A stretch of 64,000 bases of DNA from Bacteroidota bacterium (GTDB lineage Bacteria; Bacteroidota; Bacteroidia; AKYH767-A; 2013-40CM-41-45): the NCBI GenBank assembly GCA_031367345.1, contig JANLPR010000108.1, positions 1,213-65,212 of the forward strand. The letters are read 5' to 3'. Both the position numbers and the translations under genes were made by a program. How positions within the stretch are numbered: position 1 is the first letter of the stretch; every line of letters starts with the position of its first letter. Shown here one piece after another: positions 37,025 through 47,764 of this stretch. The notes below the pieces were generated by a model. It had not been told where the DNA came from, did not search any database, and saw nothing but the letters and a program-made list of their open reading frames with translations.

Positions 37025-40000
37025 TTAAACCGATGTAGGTAATGCAATAATAAATTCTGTAAACTCACCTACTTTTGAATCTACAGATAATGATCCATTA
37101 TGTCCTTTGGTAATAATATCATAACTAATAGAAAGACCGAGTCCTGTACCCTGTCCTGTTGGTTTAGTAGTAAAAAACGGATTGAAAATCTTGTCTTTTA
37201 TATCAGACGAAATTCCTTTTCCATTATCACGTATTTTGATCACTATTGTATGGCCTACAAGCATGGTAGAAATCTCTACTTTTGGCTGATAGCCGATTTC
37301 GTTTTTCTTGGTTCGTTCGTCAACAGCATAAAAAGCATTATTGAAAATATTTAAAATTACACGACTTACATCTTGTGAAATAATATTAATCATTGGAAGG
37401 TTTGGAGCAAGATTTTTTTCCATCACACAATTAAAACCAGGATCTTTTGCTCGCATACCATGATATGCAAGAGTGAAAAACTCTGCAACTAATTTATTGA
37501 TATCTGTCTCATGTTTTTCAGCAGTTGACGACCTACTGTGCTGTAACATGCCTTTCACAATACTGTCGGCACGCTTTCCATGAAAATGAATCTTTTCAAT
37601 ATTTTGTATTAGATCATGTGTAATTTCTTTTTGCACTTCTGCCGACACACCTTCTTCTAACTCTTTTACCAAATCAACCGATAGCTCCGAAAAATTATTT
37701 ACGAAATTTAATGGGTTCTGAATTTCATGCGCAATTCCTGCTGTTAACTGACCAAGTGATGCCATTTTTTCTGATTGAACCAATTGGTTTTGTGTTGTCT
37801 GGAGATTTTCCATTGTCTTTGTCAGCTCCACATTTTTTTCTTGTAATTCAAAAGTTCTCGTGTTCACTTTTTCTTCAAGGTCAACATTTTGTTTCACAAG
37901 TGAATTTGTTCTGAATCGTATATATAAAAATATTAATCCGGTAATACTAAGTGCAAAAAACGCCATAAACCATTTTGTTTTCCAAATTGGAGGAGCTATA
38001 GTTATTTTAATTGCGATGCCGGTATCATTCCAAACGCCGTCGTTGTTACAAGCCTTCACTCTAAAAATATACTCGCCCGGATCAATATTTGTATACGTGG
38101 CATTTCTTCTAGTTCCAGAATATGTCCATTCATCATACAGGTTTTCCATCATGTACGCATATCTGTTTTTGTCGGGAAATAAATAGTTCAACGCCGCAAA
38201 CTCAAACGAGAAAAAGTTTTGCTTGTAATTAAGATTGAGTGTATGCTCGCTAGTAATAAGCGTGTCCATTCTTGCCGGCTTTTCAAAAAGATAAAAGCGT
38301 GTGATTACCACCGGTGGAATCACTGTGTTGTCATTGATACTATCAGGATGGAAAGCGTTTAGCCCGTTGCTTCCTCCAAAATATAACCATCCGCTTTTTC
38401 CTTCAAAACAAGCATTCACATTAAATTTATTTTGAAGACCATCTTGCAAATTATATGTTCTGCTATTGGACGTTAAATTTGTTTGGTCTTTTGATAAATT
38501 CAGTTTGCATACTCCACTATTTGTACTTAGCCAAATGTTATTTTTAGAATCAGCAATAATTCCGTTGATGATGTTATTCGGTAAACCATCGCGTTCTGTG
38601 TAATGCGTAAATATTTTTGTGTTAGGGTCATAAATATTTAAACCGCCACCATAGGTTCCAATCCACAAATTCCCCTTTGAATCTTCGAAAATAGAGTGAA
38701 TGAAATTACTGCTAATACTTTTCGCATCTACCGGATTATTTTTGAACGATGTAAATTTACCTGTAGTACGATCGAGCAAGCAAAGTCCACCACCATAAGT
38801 TGCAATCCACATTTGTCCCTTGGTGTCTTCGAAAATATTTACCACTACATCGCTGCTAAGTGAGTTATTGTCGCCCGGTGTATTTTTATAGAAGTTCGAT
38901 TTACCTGTTGTTGTGTTAAATTCATTTAGTCCGCCGCCATGTGTTCCAATCCAAAGCTTTCCTTTTTTATCTGATAAAATACAACGGATATAATTATTGC
39001 TAATAGCTCCTGTAGTAGTTTTGTATTCATTTACTACTCCTGAATTTTTATTGTAACTCAATAACCCATCTGTTGTTCCAATCCATAGTAGCCCATTATT
39101 ATCTTCTTCAATAGCAAAAACATTGCTGAAGCGTAACAAAGGATTACTAAGTGAAGAGAATTTTTCATTGACAAAACGATTTTCTGTTCTATTAAAAACA
39201 TTTAATCCACTTCCCAATGTACCGGTCCAAACATTACCCTGACGATCTTCATGAATGGCATAAACGCCATTGTTTGCTAATGCGTCTCCGGCTTCGCTGA
39301 TTTTATAGGTGGAGAATTTAGATATCGTTCGATTATAAAAACAAACTCCGTTGGCAGTAGAAATCCAAAGTGTTCCGGCGTTATCCTCGAAAATATTATA
39401 CACCTTATTACTTGCAAGCGATTCCGGATTCTGAACATCACGATGGTAATTGGTAAATTTTCCTGATGCTTGATTGTAAGTATCCAATCCGCCGCCAAAA
39501 GTCCCGACCCATATCATTCCTGCTACATCTTGATGAATAGAAAAAACACTATTCGAGGAGAGGCCTTGTGCATTATTTAAATGAGTTATTTTTCCTGTTA
39601 CTGAAATAATATTTATTCCACCATTCACTGTTCCAACCCAAACATTATTCAATTTATCACCAGCAATACAAGTAATATCGTTTTCGCTGATCGAATTATC
39701 GCCACCACTCACCATTCTTTTAGCAGTATAATTGGAAGTGTTGAACTGATTTATACCATTTGACACGGTTCCTACCCAAAGCGTATTTTGATTATCTACA
39801 AAAAGTGAAGCGATAACATTACCGCTCAAGGAAGAACTAGAATTTGGATTATTATAGTAAGTAGTAAAAATGCCGGAAGTAACGTTGAATGCATTTAAAC
39901 CATTCCCTGTACCAATCCATATAGTGCCTTGCTTGTCTTGTGTAATCGAAGAAATTAAATTATTGCTAAGTGAGTTTTTATTACCTGGAATATTTAGATA

Positions 40001-40345
40001 TCTCCTAAATGAGCCATTAGTAGGATCAAGTTTGTTCAGCCCATTATCAGTTCCAATCCAAAGATTTTTTTGGGAGTCTTCATAGATGCAACGAATGATG
40101 TTATTAGATAAAGTAGACGTATCGGTTGGGTCATACTTATATATGTCAAATGAATAGCCGTCATATTTGTTTAATCCGTCTTCAGTTCCAATCCAGATGT
40201 AGCCTTGGCTATCTTGATAGGTGCAATAAACAGTAGCTTGTGATAAACCTTTTTCAACCGATAATCTTCCGAACCGTAGATTTTGAGCGAGAGAAACAGT
40301 AATTAAAGAAAAGCTGAAAAAACAGAAGAGTATTATTTTTTTCAT
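37025..40345 (-). CDS. Sensor histidine kinase with periplasmic two-component-regulator propeller repeats and Y_Y_Y-like domain
   Basis: Signal peptide. More than 12 repeats of the pattern [27 protein letters not shown] segment. One TM ([18 protein letters not shown]) and a coiled coil. H-box [15 protein letters not shown]-lid motifs NNAFYA, DNGKGI, GTGLGLS. Confidence 0.9.
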   Translation of the reverse strand: MKKIILFCFFSFSLITVSLAQNLRFGRLSVEKGLSQATVYCTYQDSQGYIWIGTEDGLNKYDGYSFDIYKYDPTDTSTLSNNIIRCIYEDSQKNLWIGTDNGLNKLDPTNGSFRRYLNIPGNKNSLSNNLISSITQDKQGTIWIGTGNGLNAFNVTSGIFTTYYNNPNSSSSLSGNVIASLFVDNQNTLWVGTVSNGINQFNTSNYTAKRMVSGGDNSISENDITCIAGDKLNNVWVGTVNGGINIISVTGKITHLNNAQGLSSNSVFSIHQDVAGMIWVGTFGGGLDTYNQASGKFTNYHRDVQNPESLASNKVYNIFEDNAGTLWISTANGVCFYNRTISKFSTYKISEAGDALANNGVYAIHEDRQGNVWTGTLGSGLNVFNRTENRFVNEKFSSLSNPLLRFSNVFAIEEDNNGLLWIGTTDGLLSYNKNSGVVNEYKTTTGAISNNYIRCILSDKKGKLWIGTHGGGLNEFNTTTGKSNFYKNTPGDNNSLSSDVVVNIFEDTKGQMWIATYGGGLCLLDRTTGKFTSFKNNPVDAKSISSNFIHSIFEDSKGNLWIGTYGGGLNIYDPNTKIFTHYTERDGLPNNIINGIIADSKNNIWLSTNSGVCKLNLSKDQTNLTSNSRTYNLQDGLQNKFNVNACFEGKSGWLYFGGSNGLNAFHPDSINDNTVIPPVVITRFYLFEKPARMDTLITSEHTLNLNYKQNFFSFEFAALNYLFPDKNRYAYMMENLYDEWTYSGTRRNATYTNIDPGEYIFRVKACNNDGVWNDTGIAIKITIAPPIWKTKWFMAFFALSITGLIFLYIRFRTNSLVKQNVDLEEKVNTRTFELQEKNVELTKTMENLQTTQNQLVQSEKMASLGQLTAGIAHEIQNPLNFVNNFSELSVDLVKELEEGVSAEVQKEITHDLIQNIEKIHFHGKRADSIVKGMLQHSRSSTAEKHETDINKLVAEFFTLAYHGMRAKDPGFNCVMEKNLAPNLPMINIISQDVSRVILNIFNNAFYAVDERTKKNEIGYQPKVEISTMLVGHTIVIKIRDNGKGISSDIKDKIFNPFFTTKPTGQGTGLGLSISYDIITKGHNGSLSVDSKVGEFTEFIIALPTSV

Positions 40346-40360
40346 AAAAGGAGACTGAAA

Positions 40361-41836
40361 TTATTCGACACTAATTCGACCGGAACCTTGACAACGACCA
40401 CAAAGTACATTTCCGGCTGGGCGTACTATTTCGTTTACTGAATAGGTTACAAAATTTCTAGGACCTAAACCATTAGAAATATCTTTTGTTACCATTTTAT
40501 TTTTTCTAATTTCTGACTGAAGAATTTTTCCATGACCTTTACAAACATTGCAAGGCACAAATTCCGGTTGAGAAGGAGCCGGTATAGAATGAGGAATTAT
40601 AGCTGAGGTGGGCTGTGGAGTTGTTGCTACGGTACTTTCTTTTAAATCTGCTGTCACAACTTTATTTTCCTTCTCCGGTTTAGGCTGAACACTTTCAATT
40701 TTTGGTGAAGTGGAATTTTCCTTAAGAGCCACAGACTCATTGTTAACTAGCTCTTCTTTTTTGGGCTGAGCACTTTCAGTTTTAGGCGAAGCAGTATTTT
40801 CGTTCACTTCCTCTTTTCCGTGAGGCATTGAATTTGCTTTTTCGGTTTTCGGAGCTAAAGCGTCAGCAGAATTGGGTGCAATTGAAGTGTTCGTATTTGC
40901 TTTGATGTTGTAAGCCGTTTCGGCACCAATGAAATTGATTTGGATTCCTTCACCTATAATCTCACCATTTAAATAGTGATAAGTGGTGCCTTGGCCGTCT
41001 GATTCATAATAAGTACCTGTGCCGTGATTCTGATTATTTAGAAAATCGCCTGAGTAACGATCCCCATTAGAATAGTAATAAGTACCGCAGCCATTGTATT
41101 TCCCGTTTACGAATGCGCCTACATATACATCTCCATTCACATAATAGAAAATGCCTTCCCCTGCCATATTATCGTTTTTAAACGATCCTATATATTCACT
41201 ACCATCATTTAGTTCCAGTTTACCATTACCCGAAAAAGCACCATTTACGAATTCGCCTATGTATTTATTATTGTCGTGGTAGTGATAAGTGCCTTTCCCG
41301 GTTTGTTTTCCTTTGAGGAAGTCGCCATCATAAACATCTCCATTCGGATAATTAATGGTTCCGGTGCCTTCCATTTTATCATTAATAAAGTTGCCTTCGT
41401 ATTTACTACTATCAGCAAAGAGGTAAATACCTTTGCCGGCTTTCAAATTATTAGCAAATCCTCCTTCATAAGTATTTCCACTTAAGTAAGTCATTGTGCC
41501 AATACCTTCCATCTTTCCATTTAAGAAGGCTCCTTCGTAAATGGTACCATCGTGATAGGTGTAGAGCCCATGCCCATTCATTTTACCTGTATCAAATTCC
41601 CCTATGTAAACGTCGCCGTCTTTGTAAGTGATTTTTCCTTTTCCTTGGTATTTACCTCTAGCAAATGACCCTTCATATAAATTTCCGTTAGAAGAGCGAT
41701 AAACACCATCTCCATTATCACAATTTCCGGATACACATCCAACAGTATTTCTAGTGGTAGCGGGACTTGAATCTTGTGCACTAGCAGAAAATGATAGATT
41801 GATGTAAGTAAAAAGTATGATTAAGAATTTTTTCAC
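40361..41836 (-). CDS. Secreted MORN-repeat protein with low-complexity linker and C-terminal double CxxCxGxG zinc-finger-like motif
   Basis: Signal peptide MKKFLIILFTYINLSFSASAQ. About 12 MORN units (YEG.F..GK..G.G...Y..G). P/K/E-rich linker with internal repeats (SPKTESAQPKKEE / SPKIESVQPKPEKE). C-terminus CNVCKGHGK ... CGRCQGSGR. Ends 15 nt before the kinase gene. Confidence 0.8.
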   Translation of the reverse strand: MKKFLIILFTYINLSFSASAQDSSPATTRNTVGCVSGNCDNGDGVYRSSNGNLYEGSFARGKYQGKGKITYKDGDVYIGEFDTGKMNGHGLYTYHDGTIYEGAFLNGKMEGIGTMTYLSGNTYEGGFANNLKAGKGIYLFADSSKYEGNFINDKMEGTGTINYPNGDVYDGDFLKGKQTGKGTYHYHDNNKYIGEFVNGAFSGNGKLELNDGSEYIGSFKNDNMAGEGIFYYVNGDVYVGAFVNGKYNGCGTYYYSNGDRYSGDFLNNQNHGTGTYYESDGQGTTYHYLNGEIIGEGIQINFIGAETAYNIKANTNTSIAPNSADALAPKTEKANSMPHGKEEVNENTASPKTESAQPKKEELVNNESVALKENSTSPKIESVQPKPEKENKVVTADLKESTVATTPQPTSAIIPHSIPAPSQPEFVPCNVCKGHGKILQSEIRKNKMVTKDISNGLGPRNFVTYSVNEIVRPAGNVLCGRCQGSGRISVE

Positions 41837-42259
41837 AGGCGCTATTTTCTCTTTGTTAACAAGTCGTCTAAAATTTTGCAGATGGAAATCATGCTATCGA
41901 ATACAATAATATCAATATTATTAGGATTGGGCAAATGGTTTTTTCATGTATTATTTGTTGCTGAGTCATTTCTTTTCACATTGCTCCTAAGAGTAAAAAA
42001 GCCCTTAAAAGGCACTGTTTATGGGGGTTTCGGAAGGTTTAAAACTTGTTCTGTGCTTTTATTGAATTTAACAGAGGATAAAACTTGTCTATTTGTTTTT
42101 ATTAACTGCTGCTAGAGGTATAGCTGCCTACAGCGAGTATTTTTTACCTATGAAAAATTTCAAATGGATTGTGGAAAACTTCTTTGTAGGGGTATGATAA
42201 TAATCTGAATTACTTCGTTGATTTGTATCAATAGATAACTCTAAACCATTTTAAAAATC

Positions 42260-42676
42260 ATGGCAACTAAAAAAGCAAAGAAAAAAGTAGCTAAAAAAGC
42301 TCCGGCAAAAAAGAAAGTAGCCGCTAAGAAAAAAGCTCCTGCTAAGAAAAAGGCAGCTGTTAAGAAAAAAGCTCCTGCTAAAAAAGCACCTGCTAAGAAA
42401 AAAGTAGCGAAAGCTAAAGTTAAGCGTAAACCAAATGCAGCTTTTATGAAGCCGATGAACATCTCTGACGTTCTTCAGCCGATTGTAGGTAGCAAGCCGT
42501 TACCACGTACAGAAGTTACTAAGCGTCTTTGGGAATACATCAAGAAGAACAATCTTCAAGATCCAAAAGAAAGACGTAACATCAATGCTGACGATAACTT
42601 GAAAAAAGTATTCGGAGGTAAAAAGCAAGTTTCTATGTTTGAAATGACAAAACTTGTAAGCAAGCACCTTTCTTAA
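42260..42676 (+). CDS. SWIB/MDM2-domain protein with histone-H1-like Lys/Ala-rich N-terminal tail
   Basis: Residues 1-55 are KKAxKK/AKKAPAKKK repeats. The remainder (FMKPMNISDVLQPIVGSKPLPRTEVTKRLWEYIKKNNLQDPKERRNINADDNLKKVFGGKKQVSMFEMTKLVSKHL) is a textbook SWIB domain. The opposite-strand ORF 42241..42462 is a shadow. Confidence 0.85.
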   Translation: MATKKAKKKVAKKAPAKKKVAAKKKAPAKKKAAVKKKAPAKKAPAKKKVAKAKVKRKPNAAFMKPMNISDVLQPIVGSKPLPRTEVTKRLWEYIKKNNLQDPKERRNINADDNLKKVFGGKKQVSMFEMTKLVSKHLS

Positions 42677-42700
42677 TCCAACGTATTAAGTATAAAAAAA

Positions 42701-42731
42701 CAGACTGTCCATTGGATAGTCTGTTTTTTTT
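42701..42731. terminator. Bidirectional intrinsic terminator
   Basis: cagactgtcc attg ggatagtctg hairpin with one mismatch, flanked by A7 on the left and T9 on the right. Lies between the SWIB stop and the dprA stop. Confidence 0.75.
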
Positions 42732-42741
42732 TGGCCAATTC

Positions 42742-43857
42742 TCAGCGGTTAATTTTAAAAATTCTCCCGGGAAGTACTTTTATTATTCCGGCAAATTCCA
42801 GGTTTAATAAAATTGAGGAAGTTTTGCTTACCGGAAATAAAGTGTCAATGGCCAGTTGGTCAACTGAAAGCTGTTGATGTGTAGTCAGAGAGTCAACTAT
42901 TATTTTTTCATCGGGCGTTAGATTATTGAAAAGCAGCAATTGATTACCGGGCTTTTTTACTTCTTCCATATTCCAGTTCATGGCGTCGGCTATGTCTGCT
43001 GCCGATTCAAAAATTGAGGCTTTATTTTTTCTAATAAGGAAGTGGCATCCTTTAGAGTATTGATCTGTTGTTCTTCCCGGCAATGCGAATACATCTCGAT
43101 TGTAATTGTTGGCGATTTCAGCAGTGATCAAAGCGCCTCCTCTTATAGCTGATTCAATGACTATTACCGCGTCGCTCATGCCGGCAACAATTCGGTTGCG
43201 TGCCGGAAAATTTTCTCTCTCCGGCTTTGTGCTTTGAAAATACTCTGTTAAAATACCACCATGAGAAAACATTTTTTCAGCTGTTGCAGCGTTTTCTGCC
43301 GGGTAAATTTTACCGATACCATGCGCTACAACTCCAATGGTACTCATTCCATATTTCATTGCCATTTTGTGTGCATGTATGTCAACTCCGTATGCAAGGC
43401 CGCTTATGATCAGTGGGTCATAGACGCTTAATTCCTGTACAATTTTTTCAAGACTTTCTTTTCCATAAGCCGTCATATGCCTGGTTCCAACAATCGATAT
43501 CACCTTTTGCCTATTCAAGTCTACATTGCCCTTGTAAAAGAGTAGAATGGGGGCATCGTCACAGTTTTTAAGTCGAGTCGGATATTTTTCATCTAAATAA
43601 AACAAACACTGTACGTTGTTCTTTTTAAGATATGTCAATTCGTTTCGCATAGCTGTAAAGTCTTTAAACGATAGAATGTCTTTTATTCGTTCAGGGCCAA
43701 TGCCGGGAATTTTTTCAAGCAAATTTTTTCGTTTTGAAAAAACTTCTTTTACTCCTCCACAATAACTAATTAAATTTCTTGCAGTTATCGGACCTATTCC
43801 CGGAAGCGAATGAACAGCTAATCGATACATCATTTGTTCATCATCGATCAATTTCAT
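42742..43857 (-). CDS. dprA: DNA-processing protein DprA
   Basis: N-terminal SAM-like GIGPITARNLISYCGG. Rossmann-like core IVGTRHMTAYG, SGLAYGVDIHAHK, VIESAIRGGALITAEIANNYNRDVFALPG. C-terminal winged-helix-like part. Confidence 0.9.
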   Translation of the reverse strand: MKLIDDEQMMYRLAVHSLPGIGPITARNLISYCGGVKEVFSKRKNLLEKIPGIGPERIKDILSFKDFTAMRNELTYLKKNNVQCLFYLDEKYPTRLKNCDDAPILLFYKGNVDLNRQKVISIVGTRHMTAYGKESLEKIVQELSVYDPLIISGLAYGVDIHAHKMAMKYGMSTIGVVAHGIGKIYPAENAATAEKMFSHGGILTEYFQSTKPERENFPARNRIVAGMSDAVIVIESAIRGGALITAEIANNYNRDVFALPGRTTDQYSKGCHFLIRKNKASIFESAADIADAMNWNMEEVKKPGNQLLLFNNLTPDEKIIVDSLTTHQQLSVDQLAIDTLFPVSKTSSILLNLEFAGIIKVLPGRIFKINR

Positions 43858-43969
43858 CTTTTTTTGGTAGCTTTATATTATGTATCATTGTTTCAAATAT
43901 GTGGTTGTTTAATTGTCATTTGAAAAGGCAATGTTACAAAAGGAATAGTTGGGTTACATTTAATATACT

Positions 43970-46276
43970 ATGAGAAATTACTTAATCGCCCTACTGCTAA
44001 TTTGCTTTTCGCATTTAGCAAAAGCGCAAAATTCAAGTGTTAGTGGAACGATTACAGACCAAGCAACCGAAGAAAAGCTGCTAGGCGTTTCTATAAGTAT
44101 AGATTCTGTTATTGTTGGAGTTACTGATAATGATGGTCGCTTTGATATCAAAACATCTGCAGGAAGTCATATTATTGAGTTTCGATTTATGTCTTTTGAT
44201 TCGTTTTCAAAATTGATCAGTTTGAACGCAAATGAAAAAAGCGTTTTGAATGTGAAAATGAAAAGCAATTCGAAAGAACTAAGTACAATAGTAATTAGTG
44301 CAGGAAAATTCGAACAGAAAATTGAAGATGTGACCGTGTCGATGGATGTATTGAAGCCGGCGATGATAGAGAGTAAAAATACTACTACAATGGAAGACGC
44401 CATTGAGCAGATACCGGGAGTGAATGTGGTAGATGGACAAGCGAATATTCGTGGAGGTAGTGGTTGGAGTTACGGTGCTGGAAGTCGCGTTCAAGTAATG
44501 GTCGATGATCTCCCGCAATTAACAGCAGATGCAAACGATACTAAATGGAATTTCATTCCTGTAGAAAATTTGGAACAAGTTGAAGTAATAAAAGGCGCGT
44601 CGAGTGTGCTGTTTGGTTCGTCGGCGTTGAATGGTGTTATTAATTTCCGAACTGCTTTTCCGAAAGACCAACCGATAACAAAATTTTCACTCTTCGCTGG
44701 TATTTATGATCGCCCGGTTTTTGAGATTAACGGAAAAAAATATGACTTGAAGTTTTGGGGCAGCAATACACTTATGAATTCAGGATATAGTTTTTTTCAC
44801 AGTCAAAAAATAAATCAACTCGATCTTGTGGTGGGTGCCAATATTTTTGATGATCAGGGTTATCGTCAAGGTGAAAAAGAACGCAGAGGTCGATTTAATA
44901 TGAATACTCGATACAGATTTAAAAAAATTGATGGACTTAGCGCTGGTGTGAATTTTAATACGATGACATCTTTGGGTACATTGTTTTTCTTTTCTGAGAA
45001 TGATACGACAGGCGCATATACTCCCGCTGCCAATACACTTAGTGATTACCGAAGTACTCGTACCAATGTGGATCCTTTCGTTACTTATGTGAACAATAAA
45101 ATTGGATCATTCAAATTACGAACTCGCTTTTTTGAAACAATTAATAAAAACAATACGAGCCAAGATTCTAAAGCTGATCTCTATTATTATGAATTGCAAT
45201 ATCAAAAAACAATCAAAGAAAATTTGAATCTCACAGGCGGATTATTAAAAATCAATTCGGTTGTAAAGAGCGAGCTTTTTGGGAATCATGATGGTGGACA
45301 AATTGCAGCGTATTTGCAAGGCGATTTGAAGTGGCATAAGTTCACTTTTTCTGCCGGTGGTCGCGTGGAACAAAATAATGTTGATACGGTAATAGATAAG
45401 GTTATTCCCGTTTTTAGAAGTGGAGTAAATTTTCATGCTTTCAAAGGAACGTATTTCAGAACCTCCATTGGCCAAGGCTATCGTTTCCCTTCAATAGCTG
45501 AAAAATATGTGCGTACAAATGTTGGTAATATCGTGATCTATCCGAATAACGATCTCCATCCTGAAAAAGGGCTCAGCATGGAAATTGGTGCTCGCCAGCT
45601 AATGAAAGTAAAGAGCTGGAGTGGATATATTGACGTAGCTGTTTTTAGAAATGAGTACAAGAATATGATGGAGTTTTCTTTCGCTCAGTGGGGAAAATTT
45701 ACCGACCCATTTATTGGTAATGGTTTTAAGTCGTTGAATATTGGTGATACTCGAATTGTTGGAATTGACGCATCTATTGCAATCAGTGGATCGATTCATA
45801 AAGATTGGAATGTAAGTGCCATGGCAGGTTTTACTTCTATAGATGGAAAGCAATTAAATTATGACAGCGCTTATGTAGCAAAAGTTGGCGGTTTAATTAA
45901 TGCGATGGGTAGTGATTCAACGAACACATTAAAGTATCGATCAAAAAATATGTTCAAAGGTGATGTTTCGGTACAGTGGAAAAAATTTGAATTGGGAATT
46001 AGTTTCAGATATTCCTCACGGATGGAAAATGTTGATCGAATTTTTATTAGTGGTTTGCTCGATGCAGCGTTTCCCCCCGGATTAGGGATCGGGCATTATA
46101 GGCAGTATCATCGTCATGGCGATACGATCTACGATTTCAGATCGTCATGGAGCATAAGCCCGAAGGTGAAGCTTTCTTTTATAGTGAAAAATCTAATGAA
46201 TTATATTTACATGCAACGTCCGGCCGATATGCAGCCTCCACGACAGTTTGTTGGTCAGGTTGTTTTTAATTTTTAA
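43970..46276 (+). CDS. TonB-dependent receptor with N-terminal carboxypeptidase-regulatory-like domain
   Basis: Signal peptide ...HLAKAQ. CarbopepD_reg-like SVSGTITDQATEEKLLGVSISI. Plug motifs (IPGVNVVDG, IRGGSG, EQVEVIKGASSVLFGSSALNGVINF). Long barrel ending in aromatic ...VVFNF. Confidence 0.9.
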   Translation: MRNYLIALLLICFSHLAKAQNSSVSGTITDQATEEKLLGVSISIDSVIVGVTDNDGRFDIKTSAGSHIIEFRFMSFDSFSKLISLNANEKSVLNVKMKSNSKELSTIVISAGKFEQKIEDVTVSMDVLKPAMIESKNTTTMEDAIEQIPGVNVVDGQANIRGGSGWSYGAGSRVQVMVDDLPQLTADANDTKWNFIPVENLEQVEVIKGASSVLFGSSALNGVINFRTAFPKDQPITKFSLFAGIYDRPVFEINGKKYDLKFWGSNTLMNSGYSFFHSQKINQLDLVVGANIFDDQGYRQGEKERRGRFNMNTRYRFKKIDGLSAGVNFNTMTSLGTLFFFSENDTTGAYTPAANTLSDYRSTRTNVDPFVTYVNNKIGSFKLRTRFFETINKNNTSQDSKADLYYYELQYQKTIKENLNLTGGLLKINSVVKSELFGNHDGGQIAAYLQGDLKWHKFTFSAGGRVEQNNVDTVIDKVIPVFRSGVNFHAFKGTYFRTSIGQGYRFPSIAEKYVRTNVGNIVIYPNNDLHPEKGLSMEIGARQLMKVKSWSGYIDVAVFRNEYKNMMEFSFAQWGKFTDPFIGNGFKSLNIGDTRIVGIDASIAISGSIHKDWNVSAMAGFTSIDGKQLNYDSAYVAKVGGLINAMGSDSTNTLKYRSKNMFKGDVSVQWKKFELGISFRYSSRMENVDRIFISGLLDAAFPPGLGIGHYRQYHRHGDTIYDFRSSWSISPKVKLSFIVKNLMNYIYMQRPADMQPPRQFVGQVVFNF

Positions 46277-46350
46277 GTGAAATGAGTGTAAGTTTATTTC
46301 GCGCATGAAATAAAAATTAGATATTTTTACCGCAATCAATTATTCAAGCC

Positions 46351-47082
46351 ATGAAAATTATAGGAATTATACCTGCCAGATATGCGTCAACCCGTTTTCC
46401 GGGAAAGCCATTGGTAGACATAGATGGCAAAACGATGATTCAGCGCGTTTATGAGCAATGTAAACTATCATCAATGCTAAGTGAAGTCTTGATTGCTACA
46501 GATGATACGCGCATCTATGATCACGTAATTTCTTTTGGAGCTAAGGCATTTATGACGTCTCCCGAACATCAAAGCGGAACCGATAGATGTGCCGAGATTA
46601 TTCGTGCTAACACCGACCGGCAATGGGATGCAGTGGTGAATATTCAAGGCGATGAGCCTTACATTCATCCGGAACAAATTGATTTGCTTTGCGGATTATT
46701 AGTCGATCAAAAAGCGGCGATTGCAACATTGATAAAAAAAATTTCCGGGTCCGATGAATTATTCAATCATAACAATGTAAAAGTGGTTGTGAATAATAAA
46801 TCGGAGGCAATTTATTTTAGTCGATCACCAATTCCTTACAATAGAAATTTTCCTGAACAAGAATGGCTGAAACATTCAACGTACTATAAGCACATAGGTA
46901 TTTATGGCTATGCCGTTAATACTTTATTGGCGATAGCTGAATTAGCAAAAACTAATTTAGAAATTACAGAGTCGCTAGAGCAATTACGTTGGATAGAAAA
47001 TGGTTATAAGATTAACGTTGCCATCACTGAGCTCGAGAGTATAGCGATTGATACTCCTTCTGATTTGTTGAAGATTAAATAA
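46351..47082 (+). CDS. kdsB: 3-deoxy-manno-octulosonate cytidylyltransferase (CMP-Kdo synthetase)
   Basis: MKIIGIIPARYASTRFPGKPL, GTDRCAE, NIQGDEP, LEQLRWIENG. Canonical KdsB motifs and length. Confidence 0.95.
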   Translation: MKIIGIIPARYASTRFPGKPLVDIDGKTMIQRVYEQCKLSSMLSEVLIATDDTRIYDHVISFGAKAFMTSPEHQSGTDRCAEIIRANTDRQWDAVVNIQGDEPYIHPEQIDLLCGLLVDQKAAIATLIKKISGSDELFNHNNVKVVVNNKSEAIYFSRSPIPYNRNFPEQEWLKHSTYYKHIGIYGYAVNTLLAIAELAKTNLEITESLEQLRWIENGYKINVAITELESIAIDTPSDLLKIK

Positions 47083-47092
47083 TTTTACTTTT

Positions 47093-47677
47093 TTAAAGGT
47101 CCTGTGCTATTATAAATAAAATTTGCAAGGAGTAGAGGCCCGGTCTGTAATTTAATCCCGGAGTAATTCTTAAATCAACGCGAAATTGATAACAACTAGG
47201 GTCGGTTGCATAACTTCCGGGCGTATTGGTTCCTGTTGGGTTGGCGTCCGAACAATTTACTGCAGGATCAGGCGCGCCTTGATGGCCTATAATATCTAAT
47301 GTTGAAGTAGCGATATCTTGGAGTGGAGTAAAGTTGGAAACTTGAGAAGTGTTCCTCAGATTGTGTACACGTAATGAAACCATATTAACAGCCGGAGTCC
47401 CATTCCCACTGGTTCCATAGTATTGCACATTGTCCCAGATACCTGCCGTTGTCGTACTGGCTCCCATGTATAAATCCCATTGGGTTCCGATTGCCTCTAC
47501 ATTTAAAGTTATTGCATTTGGAATGTAAATGCCATTGGTCAGTTTTTGAAAGGTGTTAAAATTAAAATCAACATTGGATGCACTGGCAAGATCAATATTC
47601 ACCGATTGTGCCTTCGATGAAAAAGAAAAGAAAGCAACGAATACAATAATGATGAAATGGCTTTTAGTGCGCATCAA
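47093..47677 (-). CDS. Small secreted protein, candidate fibre subunit B (paralog of 47818..48525)
   Basis: Signal peptide ...FSFSSKAQ. Shares NVDFNFNTFQK, QWDLYM and C-terminal RPGLYSLQILFIIAQDL with the neighbour. No T9SS CTD and no lipobox. Confidence 0.6.
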   Translation of the reverse strand: MMRTKSHFIIIVFVAFFSFSSKAQSVNIDLASASNVDFNFNTFQKLTNGIYIPNAITLNVEAIGTQWDLYMGASTTTAGIWDNVQYYGTSGNGTPAVNMVSLRVHNLRNTSQVSNFTPLQDIATSTLDIIGHQGAPDPAVNCSDANPTGTNTPGSYATDPSCYQFRVDLRITPGLNYRPGLYSLQILFIIAQDL

Positions 47678-47764
47678 ATAGGAAGAATGAGATAAACTTG
47701 ATTTACTTTGAAATAGCTTTAAATGTTACAAAAGGAAAAAACAATTAATTTGAAATTCACCAAA

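Noticed and set aside
41876-42115. 79-aa ORF in the 423-nt gap upstream of the MORN and SWIB genes
   Set aside because: It has no convincing start context or motifs. The region more likely holds divergent promoters. I saw no RNase P, SRP, tmRNA or riboswitch signature in it.
42241-42462. Minus-strand 73-aa ORF rich in A/F/L
   Set aside because: It is an antisense shadow of the Lys/Ala-repeat tail of the SWIB gene.
43858-43969. Possible riboswitch upstream of the TonB-dependent receptor
   Set aside because: The gap is only 112 nt of AT-rich sequence and lacks cobalamin, TPP or other recognisable riboswitch cores.
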